From Myxococcota bacterium (GTDB lineage: Bacteria > Myxococcota_A > SURF-8): 64,000 bases of DNA. The stretch spans positions 2,630,913 to 2,694,912 of the forward strand of contig CAXXQS010000001.1 in NCBI GenBank assembly GCA_963674735.2, read 5' to 3'. The stretch's first letter is position 1. Each line of letters begins with the position of its first letter. Below, one piece after another: positions 40,091 through 50,222 of this stretch. A program made the position numbers and the translations under genes. The notes under the pieces were generated by a model. The model was not told the DNA's origin. It did no database searches and worked only from the letters and a program-made list of their open reading frames with translations.

Positions 40091-41479
40091 TTATTTCGGC
40101 AGCCCCTTGAGGTGTTTGACATCCTCCCAAGCTTCGGGAAGCGGTTTCACCTTGTCAGGGGTCAGATTGACGCCCCCGGAACCAGGCACGAACACCGGCG
40201 AGCCATGGCCGTCGCTGCGGATTTTTTCCGCCAGATGAACCAGCTTGAGATAGTGCTTTTTCAGCTCGTAGAAGCCATGCCACCAGGCATAATCCGGCCC
40301 CATCATGGCGGCACCCATACGCGCTCGGCGGCCTTCATTGTGCCAGAACTCGTAATAAACCCACTCGATTTCTTCATCGAAAGCGGGCCAGGCCGTCAAC
40401 AGTTTTTCCTTGTACAGCCCTTCCATCAAGGCCTTGGCCAACGAGAAATAGTTGGTCTGGTAATTTTCGATGGCCAAATCGAAACGATCCAGATAATTCT
40501 TGGACCAACGTGGCGAATGACATTGGGTACAAACGGTTGTCATCATTTCACGACCTTTGGCGGAATCGTGATCCCAGTTCAACGCCTTACCCGGTGCCTG
40601 AGCCTCCCACTTGAGACGCAGGCCCACATTGTGCGTGGTGGCCAACTCACCCACACCCGACATATGACAGGCGGCGCAGGTCGGTGCGCTGAAATGCGTG
40701 GCGGGCTCCCAGGTGTCGGGAGCGGCATCCCAGGTGTAGGTCTGTCCTTCGGCCAGATAGCGTTTGCCGTGCTTGGATTCGAAGTAAATTTCGTCCTGTG
40801 GGTGATCGGGTCCCATGTGGCATTGGCCACAGGTTTCGGGTTTGCGTGCCTCGGCGATGTTAAAGCGATGAGTGGTATGGCAGATCACGCAGGAACCCAA
40901 CGAGCCATCCGGGTTTTTACGTCCACAGCCTTCATTCGGCCAGTTCATGACCGTCAGTTTGCCATCGCTGATATCGGAACCGTGGCAGGCGTAACAGCCG
41001 GTCACACGCTCGATTTCGTTGGCCATCCCTTTGAGCCAGGCATCCTTGATACGATCCGTTTGGATTTCCCAGGTGCGTGCATGCTTGGAAACGCTGAATT
41101 CCTTGAACTCCATCGGGTGACACTTGCTGCAGTCCTGCGGCGAAACGATCGGTGATATTTTGATATCGGCATGTTTCTGCGTACCGGGACAATCCAGCGC
41201 GTCTTTATCGGTCAACTTGGCTCGATGACAGTCAAGACACGTTACATTGGCGCGAGCATGGAGACTGAGAGACCAATCATGCACTTTACCGACATCGTTT
41301 TTGGCGTGGCATTCGATACATTCTTTTTCCGCAGAGGTCAAACCTCGCTGAACCACCAGTTCTTTTTCCGGCTTGCCAAGACTTTCGGCCGCGGCCAACG
41401 GCTCAACGACCACCAACAGAAATAAAACCATCGGCAGAACGGCAAGACTAAGGGTGGAGGCCGTATTTTTTACATTCAT
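40091..41479 (-). CDS. Octaheme cytochrome c, hydroxylamine oxidoreductase (HAO) family
   Basis: Signal peptide; 8 CxxCH (CIECH, CLDCH, CSKCH, CYACH, CVICH, CGQCH, CAACH, CTQCH); GPDHPQ.EIY.ESKHG; GRRARMGA.MMGPDY.WWHG. Confidence 0.88.
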   Translation of the reverse strand: MNVKNTASTLSLAVLPMVLFLLVVVEPLAAAESLGKPEKELVVQRGLTSAEKECIECHAKNDVGKVHDWSLSLHARANVTCLDCHRAKLTDKDALDCPGTQKHADIKISPIVSPQDCSKCHPMEFKEFSVSKHARTWEIQTDRIKDAWLKGMANEIERVTGCYACHGSDISDGKLTVMNWPNEGCGRKNPDGSLGSCVICHTTHRFNIAEARKPETCGQCHMGPDHPQDEIYFESKHGKRYLAEGQTYTWDAAPDTWEPATHFSAPTCAACHMSGVGELATTHNVGLRLKWEAQAPGKALNWDHDSAKGREMMTTVCTQCHSPRWSKNYLDRFDLAIENYQTNYFSLAKALMEGLYKEKLLTAWPAFDEEIEWVYYEFWHNEGRRARMGAAMMGPDYAWWHGFYELKKHYLKLVHLAEKIRSDGHGSPVFVPGSGGVNLTPDKVKPLPEAWEDVKHLKGLPK

Positions 41480-42054
41480 AGGCTGTCTCCTTGCTTTTGG
41501 GCGACGGAGGGTCCAAATAGGAAGTCCTTGAATTTCGGATGAATTTCGTCATCGTGACATTGGATGCAGTTTTTGTCGGTTTCGCCGCGCAAGTATTCTC
41601 GATGCGCAACAAGCCCTTTGATGCTCATTCCCGAAGGAATCAGGTTGTCGTGACAGCGCAGGCAGGTTGAATCCTTGTGGTGATGGCGCGCAATTTCGCG
41701 CAGACGATCCCATTCCATTTTGTAGGGATCCGATTCGCCAAAGTTATGCACCACCCAATCTTTCACTCCATCACGGATTTTATAAATCGTGTAGTCGATC
41801 GCCCCGGGTGGCAGATGACAATCGGCGCACCCAGCTACCACACCGTTTTCATTTTGATAATGCGTACTTAGCATCCAACCTTGTTCGGCCACCACGCGCA
41901 TTTCGTGGCAAGACATGCAAAATTCGGTGGTGCTCGTCGCGTGAAAACTGGCGATACTCGCGCCCAGCAACATCGCCCCCAGCGCCGTACCGGCACCGAG
42001 CCACAAAAAGCGGTGCATCCATTGTCTGGAAATACCCATCAGAGCCTTTTTCAC
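41476..42054 (-). CDS. NapC/NirT family tetraheme quinol dehydrogenase
   Basis: N-terminal TM; TSTTEFCMSCHEM, CADCH, CLRCH, CIQCH; ATGA overlap with the HAO gene. Confidence 0.9.
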   Translation of the reverse strand: MKKALMGISRQWMHRFLWLGAGTALGAMLLGASIASFHATSTTEFCMSCHEMRVVAEQGWMLSTHYQNENGVVAGCADCHLPPGAIDYTIYKIRDGVKDWVVHNFGESDPYKMEWDRLREIARHHHKDSTCLRCHDNLIPSGMSIKGLVAHREYLRGETDKNCIQCHDDEIHPKFKDFLFGPSVAQKQGDSL

Positions 42055-42157
42055 TGAAATTGAGAAGATAAGCGAATTTTAATCGAAAAAGCGTGGAAAA
42101 TCAATTGTCTTACGTGCTGTCGTATTAACGTTGGTTAGTTGGCAACATGAACATACG

Positions 42158-43531
42158 TCAGTGTGGAACACAAACTAAAAACAGGAAGCGACCTTGACTC
42201 ATATCCGGCTGATACTCATCGGCATAACGGCAATCGAAATCCCGATAGTTTGCCAGTGCAGGCGGTTCATCGATACGAGCTTCAGCGATCCAGATGAAAC
42301 CACGCTCCAAAGAAGGCGCAGGCCATAAATCGAACTGACTGCGTCGTTGATTTTTAAGTGATAAAACTCCGGGAGTGACGCGGGCATCACGCAACAAGTA
42401 AGCGGACATCGAGGCGAGGCGGTAGTGCTGGGCCACAAGGGGCAAATCGAGGAATTGTGTCGGAGAATGATCGAAGAAGCGCGCCTGTTCCATTTTCAGG
42501 TCTTCGATCTGACCGAGAACCGGATTGTCCCCCAAAGCCCCGAACGCCCATAGGTATAATAACCCGGTGAAAACACCTGCAATCACGAGCGATTTGCGCC
42601 AACCCCGCCAGGCTTTCCCTCCCGAACGCGCCACCCCGCGCCAAGCCAGCCACAGTGCCGCCGGATAAGCCATCGCCGCCCAGCCCGCTTCAGCATGACT
42701 GAATATCCCGAAAAACAGCACCATCAGGAAAGGCCCCCAAGCGGCCAAACACCACAAATCCGCCGTTTTGCGCGCGCGCCAGAACCACCACCACAGACCG
42801 GGGGTAAACAGGAAAAGCTGAGCCGCAATAAACCCGCTTGCATTGGCCAGCCAACGCCCGCTCCCCGACGTCGCATGCCCCCACTGGAACGTGACAGACA
42901 CCCAATCGTGCCCGACATTCCAAGCGAGCCAAGGTAGGATAACCATACCGGCGGCACCCAGAGCCAAAGACAAAGCGAGGAACGGCCTTCGTCCGTGATG
43001 ACGCATGCCCAGAAACACAATCGGCAACATGAGCCCCATGCTCAACTTCGATAGAAGTCCAAGCCCCACGCATAATCCGATCAACCCGACCCACAACGTT
43101 GTCGGATGTGAACGGTAAGCGGCCAACGCCAGCAAGGCCAGCGACCAAAACAGCAAAAACGGCGTATCGGGTGTTAAAATGATCCCGCCCAGATGCGTGA
43201 GCGGTATAAGATGGATGGCCAAAGCAAATTGAAATGCAGCACGGCCGCCCATTTCGCGGCGCGCCAGCCAAAATCCGAGGGCAGCCAGGCACGCGAGAGA
43301 CAAGGGCGCAAAGAATCGGATCCCGAGTGGTGAGTCACCCAATATGGACGTCGAAGCGGCGATCCACCAGGCGACCATGGGCGGGTGATCGAAGTAGCCG
43401 CAATCCAACGCACGCGACCACAACCAGTAGTAGCTTTCATCGGGCGAAAGCGGCAAGGTAGCGGCTGCGATCAGCCGCAGAAACAAAAACGCGACGTTAA
43501 GCAACCAGAAGCGACGATCCCAGCGGTCCAT
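42158..43531 (-). CDS. ArnT/PMT_2 (GT83/GT39-like) glycosyltransferase
   Basis: LSPDESYYWLWS..L..GYFDHPPMVAW, TPDTP, GLGLLSK, RRSQFDLW. Confidence 0.88.
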   Translation of the reverse strand: MDRWDRRFWLLNVAFLFLRLIAAATLPLSPDESYYWLWSRALDCGYFDHPPMVAWWIAASTSILGDSPLGIRFFAPLSLACLAALGFWLARREMGGRAAFQFALAIHLIPLTHLGGIILTPDTPFLLFWSLALLALAAYRSHPTTLWVGLIGLCVGLGLLSKLSMGLMLPIVFLGMRHHGRRPFLALSLALGAAGMVILPWLAWNVGHDWVSVTFQWGHATSGSGRWLANASGFIAAQLFLFTPGLWWWFWRARKTADLWCLAAWGPFLMVLFFGIFSHAEAGWAAMAYPAALWLAWRGVARSGGKAWRGWRKSLVIAGVFTGLLYLWAFGALGDNPVLGQIEDLKMEQARFFDHSPTQFLDLPLVAQHYRLASMSAYLLRDARVTPGVLSLKNQRRSQFDLWPAPSLERGFIWIAEARIDEPPALANYRDFDCRYADEYQPDMSQGRFLFLVCVPH

Positions 43532-43536
43532 GCCCC

Positions 43537-46098
43537 CTACAAGTCCATAATGGTGGGCTCAGCCGCCGCCGGGGTTTCCACCGGAACAAGTTGTTCCGCA
43601 GGGGACGCGGCGGCAGGCTCTTCCTTCGGTGTCGGCACGCTTGGTGCTTCGACCGCTTTCGCCGCTGCGTTTTTTTCGGGTGCCGGTTGTTCCGCATCCT
43701 GCGATCCAGTCTGCACCGTGTCGGAGGGAGTCGGCGCAACTTCCGTCTCCGTTTGGGAAGCGGAAGGGTCCGGTGTTCCGGGAGCATCATCCGACTTGGC
43801 ATCCAACGCAGCGGCCTCATCGGTAGAGCCGTCCGTGAACTCGTCGGTGGGCTTGTCAGGCACGATAGCAGCCGGTGGGTCGAACGGAGTACGCGGCTCG
43901 TTTCCCGTGGCTTCAGGGACGTCGCCGACGGTTTCCGGCTGGGTCTCAAGCGGTTGCTTCACTTCGACGGGTGCTGCTTTGACCGGAGGAGCCTTCGTTC
44001 CGGCTTCAGCCAAACCGCGATAGTTTCGACACCCCCAGATCGTGAAGGTACGCACAATCCGCCCCGCGCGGTTGATCGGCAGATCATGCAAACGCGCGAT
44101 GCCGCCCGCACAGGCCGCCCATTGCGACGGTGGTTCGGAATAGCGGTTGTCGGTGACAAACAAGCCGTCCTTGCCGATCATTGAGGGTCGGTCGGGCAGG
44201 AAATCAAAGGCGTCGTTGCGTTTCGAAGCGCAAACCAACGGCAGATCCCCCTTCAAAGCAGTATCGACCTGGCCGCACATGGTGTAGTGATAAGAACCCG
44301 CGAAATCGGCTTTGAAAGCGTCGGCTTCCTGGCGCAAGGCCAATCCCACGCGGTCCCATCCGACCAGTTCGTTGCTGATATCGGTTTTCGGATTGTAGCC
44401 GGATTCAGGGATGACGGCAAACAGCACATCGCTACCGACATGCACCAACACAACGGCGTTGATCAGCAAAGCGGGAAGCACCAGCCACCCCAAAACGCCA
44501 CGTCTGACCCGCGGAACCATCCAGAAGGCCAGCGGTCCGACCAGCAGAAAGCGCATCAACGGTCCCGCTTCACGATCGGGTAATTGTAACGCCCAATGGG
44601 CCAAAACGGGGTAAAGCAGCAGATAACCGGCCAAAGCCCAGTGCGGTTCGGCCTCGGGCGTCCAGGCTCCCACGACATAGAAGAAGACCAGCACGGGAAC
44701 GGTCAACCAGAACAGCAAGGACGCGTCACGGCTGCGCCCTTGAACCGCATTTCCCAGAGAACGAAAGACGCTGAAGAACAACGCCATCCCGATCACCGGC
44801 GACAGATAAAGCAGTTGCCCGGCCGCAAACAAACCCAAGCGCGCCTCGCTGAACTCGGCCGCCGAGTGGCGTAAGCCCAGATGGTAGGCGAACGACACCC
44901 AGTCGTGCTGCCAATTCCAAAACAGCACCGGCGCAAACAGTACCGCGCTCAACGCCAACGCAATCAGAAACCACATGCTGAACAACTGCTTCCGTCCCGC
45001 ACCAAAAAGCAGATACAGCACTGCGACGGGCCAGAACAGGATCATGAAGTACTTACATAAGAGGCCGAAGCCCACGGCCAATCCGACTCCAATCAACCAT
45101 TTCGGCTGCTCGCGTCGAACCGCCAAGTGCAACAGCACCGCAGCCAACACCCAGAAAAAGCCGAACGCAACATCCGGGGAAGCGGACATCCCGCCGATCA
45201 ACATGGCCGGGGTAAGCAGGAAAAGCAACACCGCCCAGAAACCAACACGACGACTTTCAAACAGTGTCGCACCGGCTGTATAGACTAGAAGTGCAGTGGC
45301 GGTCGAGAACACAATGGACGCCAGACGCACGGCAAGCACGGTTTCTCCAAGTCCGTAACGACCCAGCCTGATCAGCCAGGCAATGCCCGGTGCATGATCG
45401 TAATACGACCAGTCGAAGACACGCGACCAGGCCGTGTAATAGGCTTCGGCATCCCCCAATCCCACGCGGCCGCCCATCCACACCCGCAAGGCCGCGACGG
45501 CGGCGATAAGAGCTAACGCCAACCACAAATAGCCCGCCCCGCCGGCGATCTCGGCTATTTCGTCATCATCCCCCAAATCGCCTTCGAACACAGTCGGCCC
45601 GGGCCGGTCTTCCTGCCAATAAACTTTTTCACTAACCGCAGGTCGCACAGGTTCGGACTCGGGTTCAGCTTGGGGTTCAGGTTCGGGTTGAGACTCAGGG
45701 TTTGGGTCGGATTCGAGATCCGGCTCGTTCCCCTCAGCCGTTTCCTCTTGATCGTCGGAAAGCGTTGACGGAGAGTCAGGGGTTTGGTCAGGATTACTCG
45801 ATTGCGTCTCGGATATCGCCACTTCCTCCAAGATCTCCACCGAAGACGCCTCGTCATCCACGTCGTCATCCGCTTTAAGCGGAGCAAACAACGTTTCCGT
45901 CTCCGTGGTCGGCTCGATATCCCTGTGACGACTCAGTTCATCCATTTTTTCAAAGGGTTTTGAAGTTTCACCTGTAGGGTCCGTTTGAGGCGGGTCGGGC
46001 GCTTTTCCCAAATCCGGAGTTTCGCTGAAAGCAGCGGAATCGGAATCACCGGGAACGGGGCGTTCGACGCCTGCGTCCGGCTTTTTGTCTTCGGTCAT
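43537..46098 (-). CDS. ArnT/PMT_2 glycosyltransferase with long acidic disordered N- and C-terminal extensions
   Basis: GDAEAYY.AWS...SYYDHAPG, SPDV, GFGLLCKY, EPHW core flanked by E/D/P-rich tails. Confidence 0.85.
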   Translation of the reverse strand: MTEDKKPDAGVERPVPGDSDSAAFSETPDLGKAPDPPQTDPTGETSKPFEKMDELSRHRDIEPTTETETLFAPLKADDDVDDEASSVEILEEVAISETQSSNPDQTPDSPSTLSDDQEETAEGNEPDLESDPNPESQPEPEPQAEPESEPVRPAVSEKVYWQEDRPGPTVFEGDLGDDDEIAEIAGGAGYLWLALALIAAVAALRVWMGGRVGLGDAEAYYTAWSRVFDWSYYDHAPGIAWLIRLGRYGLGETVLAVRLASIVFSTATALLVYTAGATLFESRRVGFWAVLLFLLTPAMLIGGMSASPDVAFGFFWVLAAVLLHLAVRREQPKWLIGVGLAVGFGLLCKYFMILFWPVAVLYLLFGAGRKQLFSMWFLIALALSAVLFAPVLFWNWQHDWVSFAYHLGLRHSAAEFSEARLGLFAAGQLLYLSPVIGMALFFSVFRSLGNAVQGRSRDASLLFWLTVPVLVFFYVVGAWTPEAEPHWALAGYLLLYPVLAHWALQLPDREAGPLMRFLLVGPLAFWMVPRVRRGVLGWLVLPALLINAVVLVHVGSDVLFAVIPESGYNPKTDISNELVGWDRVGLALRQEADAFKADFAGSYHYTMCGQVDTALKGDLPLVCASKRNDAFDFLPDRPSMIGKDGLFVTDNRYSEPPSQWAACAGGIARLHDLPINRAGRIVRTFTIWGCRNYRGLAEAGTKAPPVKAAPVEVKQPLETQPETVGDVPEATGNEPRTPFDPPAAIVPDKPTDEFTDGSTDEAAALDAKSDDAPGTPDPSASQTETEVAPTPSDTVQTGSQDAEQPAPEKNAAAKAVEAPSVPTPKEEPAAASPAEQLVPVETPAAAEPTIMDL

Positions 46099-46122
46099 GG
46101 CAGGCTCGCTCGTTTGGGGAAA

Positions 46123-46488
46123 CTACACGCTATCGTCCAGATCGTCAATCGAGGGGACCTGGGGCTCCTTGATGCTCAATAACATAAAAAGAATGCCGAT
46201 TCCCGCGAAAATCCAGCCGACATAGCGGTACATACCATACAACCCATGCAACATCACCGCGCTATGGTAGGCTTCCTGCTCGGCCTTGGTCTTGAACTCC
46301 TGCCGGTTGAAGCTCGGATCGCTATTGTTCACACGATCGAGGAAAAGTTCATGATCCGCCCGTCCCAGCTCCGGATATTGCGCCTCGTATTTACCGGTCT
46401 CGTAGATCGATAAAAAGTAGCAGAACAAACCGACGGCCACGAACACGAGACCGATTTTAAACCAGCGTCGGGTGAATAACTTGGTCAT
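46123..46488 (-). CDS. Hypothetical two-TM membrane protein
   Basis: Two hydrophobic helices; ATGA overlap with the upstream gene. Confidence 0.65.
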   Translation of the reverse strand: MTKLFTRRWFKIGLVFVAVGLFCYFLSIYETGKYEAQYPELGRADHELFLDRVNNSDPSFNRQEFKTKAEQEAYHSAVMLHGLYGMYRYVGWIFAGIGILFMLLSIKEPQVPSIDDLDDSV

Positions 46489-46898
46489 TTCGAATCTTTA
46501 TCCTTGAAGCGAACATTCGTCTTGGTCTCGGGTCGGATCCCCGGCGCCTCATCGGTAGGCTTGAAGCGAATCTCGGCCTTGATTTCCAACGACATCTGCG
46601 AAAGCGCTTTCACCACCACTTCCGACAGATCGGTGGCATCGAGAAAGCGCTTGAACTCGCGCCCGAAAAGTGTGACCACTTCGCTTTTGGTGCGGTCCAT
46701 CTGGCTGATGGCATAATTGATGACCTCTTTGGGCAGGGTCAACGGACTGATGATCGTCCGCTCCCCCGACTCGTTGGTGCTCACCAAAGCCGCCAGACCT
46801 GTTTCGACCAGACGCCGGATCAAACTCGAATCTTCGCGTTCGTTCTCGGTTCCGGCACCTTTTTCGCTCTGAAATTCGGAAGTTCGCTTTTTGGTCAT
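46485..46898 (-). CDS. Hypothetical protein
   Basis: Clean ORF within the purA-downstream operon; helical LPKE..Y...Q.D.TK motif. Confidence 0.7.
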   Translation of the reverse strand: MTKKRTSEFQSEKGAGTENEREDSSLIRRLVETGLAALVSTNESGERTIISPLTLPKEVINYAISQMDRTKSEVVTLFGREFKRFLDATDLSEVVVKALSQMSLEIKAEIRFKPTDEAPGIRPETKTNVRFKDKDSK

Positions 46899-46921
46899 GG
46901 CCCCCCGCGTATGATTGCGCG

Positions 46922-47314
46922 TTAGTCCAGAATCGCTTCCACTTTCTCAACTAGAACCGTATTATAGCATACTTTTCCGTCGATGTTGTTAGCTTCGCAT
47001 TCCGACAACGGATCCCCATTGCAATCGTCCAGATCGATGTGATCGGGATTATCGAAGAAAACGGCCTGAATCCGGCTACATTCGCTTTTGGGAAAGTTTC
47101 CCAGTCCCAGACGTTCGACACCGGCGCAGTAAACCCCCTGGCTTTCGTCATCCACGATCAACTCGACCATGTATTCGGAATCATTGGTAAGTTCCAGGCG
47201 GTATTCGTCGGGACCGGGTTCCCACAACACGTCACCTTCCGACACGCAGTGGTCATCACATGCCTGCACACACACAATCAGAGACAGACAGGCAACCAAC
47301 CCCGCTACCCGCAT
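46922..47314 (-). CDS. Small Cys-containing lipoprotein
   Basis: Lipobox VQAC; GGAGTAGGTG RBS directly after purA. Confidence 0.7.
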   Translation of the reverse strand: MRVAGLVACLSLIVCVQACDDHCVSEGDVLWEPGPDEYRLELTNDSEYMVELIVDDESQGVYCAGVERLGLGNFPKSECSRIQAVFFDNPDHIDLDDCNGDPLSECEANNIDGKVCYNTVLVEKVEAILD

Positions 47315-47319
47315 ATCAC

Positions 47320-48615
47320 CTACTCCCGGAAGGGATTGGACAAGATAATGGTTTCACCCCGTCCCGGACCGATCGAAACCAGCGACGTAGGCACACCCAG
47401 CAGATCTTCGATGCGTTGCAGGTATTTACGAGCATTGGCGGGCAGTTCATCGAACTCGCGCACGTCGCGCAGATCTTCCTCCCAGCCGGGGATCTCTTCG
47501 TAAACGGGCTTGCAGGCGTCCAAGTCGATGCCGTTGGCCACCACGTCGTCGAAAACCTTACCCTTGTACTCGTAACCCACACAAAGCTTGAGCGTTTTAA
47601 AGCCGGTCAGCACGTCCAGCTTGGTAACGGCGATTTCCGTCAGACTGTTGATCCGAGTGGCGTTTTTCAACACCACCACATCCAGCCAGCCACAGCGGCG
47701 CGGTCGTCCGGTGGTGGACCCGTATTCCGCACCCCGTTGGCGCAGCCGTTCCCCGGTGTCGCTCTCCAACTCGGTCGGAAAAGGCCCAGCCCCGACACGC
47801 GTCGTGTAAGCCTTGGTGATGCCCACCACATGATCGATGTCTTTGGGGCCGACCCCCGAACCGTGACAAGCCGCCGAGGCGACCGTATTGGAAGAGGTAA
47901 CAAAGGGATAGGTGCCGTGGTCGATATCGAGCATGGCACCTTGCGCGCCTTCAAAGAGAATATGGCGACCGCGTTCCATTTCGCGGTGGATCAAAAGCGG
48001 CGTATCCTCAAGAAACGGCTTGAGCTGACGACCCCATTCCAGACCTTCCGTTAAAAGCCGTTCGAGATCCATGGGTTCATCGTGGTAGTAATTCACCAAC
48101 TGGAAATTGACAAATTCCAAAACCGACGCAAGCTTCGCCCGAAGAACGTTTTCCGAAAGCAAATCCCGCGTCTTGATCCCGCGTCGTCCGACTTTGTCTT
48201 CGTAAGCCGGGCCGATGCCTCGCCCAGTGGTACCGATGGCGCTCTTTCCTAAACGCGCCTCGCGCAGATGGTCGAGTTTTTTATGATACGGCATGATGCA
48301 GTTGGCGTCGGTGGACAACTTCAGGTTGCCCGAGCCCGTCAAAACGCCGCGCTCACGCAAGCGCCCTATTTCCATCAGCAGGACTTCCGGGTCCACCACC
48401 ACGCCATTCCCGATCACGCAGGTTTTGGACTTGTGCATAATCCCGGAGGGCACCAAGTGCAGGATGGTTTTGTCGTCGCCGATAACCAGCGTATGTCCGG
48501 CGTTATTACCGCCTTGATAGCGCACGACCAGATCTGCGAATTCGGTGAAGATGTCGACCACCTTCCCTTTTCCTTCGTCGCCCCACTGAGCGCCCACTAT
48601 AACGATATTTGGCAT
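47320..48615 (-). CDS. purA: Adenylosuccinate synthetase
   Basis: GAQWGDEGKGK, GGNNAGHT, EGAQG, YPFVTSS, TTGRPRRCGWLD. Confidence 0.98.
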   Translation of the reverse strand: MPNIVIVGAQWGDEGKGKVVDIFTEFADLVVRYQGGNNAGHTLVIGDDKTILHLVPSGIMHKSKTCVIGNGVVVDPEVLLMEIGRLRERGVLTGSGNLKLSTDANCIMPYHKKLDHLREARLGKSAIGTTGRGIGPAYEDKVGRRGIKTRDLLSENVLRAKLASVLEFVNFQLVNYYHDEPMDLERLLTEGLEWGRQLKPFLEDTPLLIHREMERGRHILFEGAQGAMLDIDHGTYPFVTSSNTVASAACHGSGVGPKDIDHVVGITKAYTTRVGAGPFPTELESDTGERLRQRGAEYGSTTGRPRRCGWLDVVVLKNATRINSLTEIAVTKLDVLTGFKTLKLCVGYEYKGKVFDDVVANGIDLDACKPVYEEIPGWEEDLRDVREFDELPANARKYLQRIEDLLGVPTSLVSIGPGRGETIILSNPFRE

Positions 48616-48711
48616 GAAAACTCCTAATCGATCCTTGATTCCAGGCAAAAAATAACCAGCCGCCCCGGTTGACCGAGGCGACGAATCCGAAAGTGCCTTA
48701 TTGGACGGGGG

Positions 48712-49671
48712 TCAGCGACTGACCTCGTCTGCGTTGAGCGCGTTGCGCAGCTCACCGGTGAGCAAGAAATCGGCTACCTGCTCGGCGGCGGCGATGGCCA
48801 CGTTATCCTGAGCTTCTTGAGTAGAAGCACCCAGATGCGGAGTGGCGATCAGGTTGTCAAGCGTCAACAATTTGTGCTCGCCCGGCGGTTCGGTGGCAAA
48901 CACGTCCATCGCCGCGCCGCTAAGCGTGCCATCGGTCAATGCCGTGTAGAGCGCCTCTTCGTCCACTATACCACCACGGGAACAATTGATGAGAAACGCG
49001 CCTTTTTTGATCTTGGCAAACTGCGCCGAACCCAAGAAACCGGTGGTTTCCGGAGTCTTGATCAGGTGAAGGGTGATGTAATCGGCGCAGGCGAGCAGCT
49101 CATCCAACTCGACCATCTGCACGCCCAGTTCGCGCCCCTGTTCGGGGGTGACGTATTTATCGTGAGCCACCACGTTCATGCGCAGACCCAAGGCACGGTC
49201 GGCCACGATCTTGCCAATGTTGCCCAGTCCGATAACACCCAGTGTTTTCTTGAACACTTCGCGCCCCTGCAACTTACTCTTGGCCCAAACGCCGGATTTC
49301 AGCGTGGCGGTGCCTTGCGGGATGTTGCGGGTGAGCGCCATCATCATGGCGATGGCGTGCTCGGCGGTGGTAACCGTGTTGGCTCCCGGTGTATTGGTGA
49401 TATAGGTACCGTTGGCGTTGGCCGCTTCCCGGTTGATATTATCCACACCCGTTCCGGCGCGAGCGATGATCTTGAGGTTTTTCGCGGCCTTGAAGACAGC
49501 CGGAGTGACTTTGGTCGCGCTGCGGATCAGCAGGCCATCGTAGTCGCCGATCACCCCGATCAACTCGTCTTCCGTCATGCCGGTTTTAACATCGAACTCG
49601 ATCCCGTCACGACTGCCGAGGATTTCATCGGCGATAGAGGACATTTTATCACTAATTAGCACCTTGGACAT
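48712..49671 (-). CDS. serA: D-3-phosphoglycerate dehydrogenase, short form without ACT domain
   Basis: IRSATKV, RAGTGVDN, NTPGAN..TTAEH, GLGNIG, NCSRGG, TPHLGASTQEAQ; ends at 319 aa. Confidence 0.8.
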   Translation of the reverse strand: MSKVLISDKMSSIADEILGSRDGIEFDVKTGMTEDELIGVIGDYDGLLIRSATKVTPAVFKAAKNLKIIARAGTGVDNINREAANANGTYITNTPGANTVTTAEHAIAMMMALTRNIPQGTATLKSGVWAKSKLQGREVFKKTLGVIGLGNIGKIVADRALGLRMNVVAHDKYVTPEQGRELGVQMVELDELLACADYITLHLIKTPETTGFLGSAQFAKIKKGAFLINCSRGGIVDEEALYTALTDGTLSGAAMDVFATEPPGEHKLLTLDNLIATPHLGASTQEAQDNVAIAAAEQVADFLLTGELRNALNADEVSR

Positions 49672-49829
49672 GGTTCCCTCCGACTTGTTCGAGACTCTCG
49701 CTCATCGCATATCCAGAAACCCAATGCAGAACGGCCACCCTCACGGTAGACATCCGGCAAACCGTCCTTGCTTACCGCCCCCGGACGAAATTGTCAAGCC
49801 TGCTGTGCCATCGGCTTTCGGCGGCGGGA

Positions 49830-50222
49830 TCATTCGTCCGAAAGAACTTCCCGGAAAGACGCATCGAAGGCATCATCGAGTTCCATCTCTTTCAGTTCCT
49901 GCTCGCGGGTTTTGAGGTAGTAGTCCACCACCACACCCGCCAGTTGGTCGAGCTTTTTACCCAGTTTTTTCTTGAGCGCCGATTTGGTGGCATCCATAAC
50001 CAGGTCGTGAAAAGCCTCGTCGGTCACGTCCAACATGAAGTCCTGCAGCCCTTCGACGGGGTCGTCCGCCTCATCCGAATCGCAATCGCAGGCCTCGGGC
50101 ATGGGCGGCTGCGCGCCATGCACATGTTGGTCATGCATAAGCGGTCCGTGGGCGTGTTGGCCGTGCATCATGGGACCATGACCGTGTCCATCGCGCCCGC
50201 GCGGGTCTCGGGAATCGCACAT
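49830..50222 (-). CDS. Hypothetical protein with His/Cys-rich N-terminus
   Basis: AGGAGG RBS; GHGHGPMMHGQHAHGPLMHDQHVHG..CDCD followed by a helical domain. Confidence 0.7.
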   Translation of the reverse strand: MCDSRDPRGRDGHGHGPMMHGQHAHGPLMHDQHVHGAQPPMPEACDCDSDEADDPVEGLQDFMLDVTDEAFHDLVMDATKSALKKKLGKKLDQLAGVVVDYYLKTREQELKEMELDDAFDASFREVLSDE

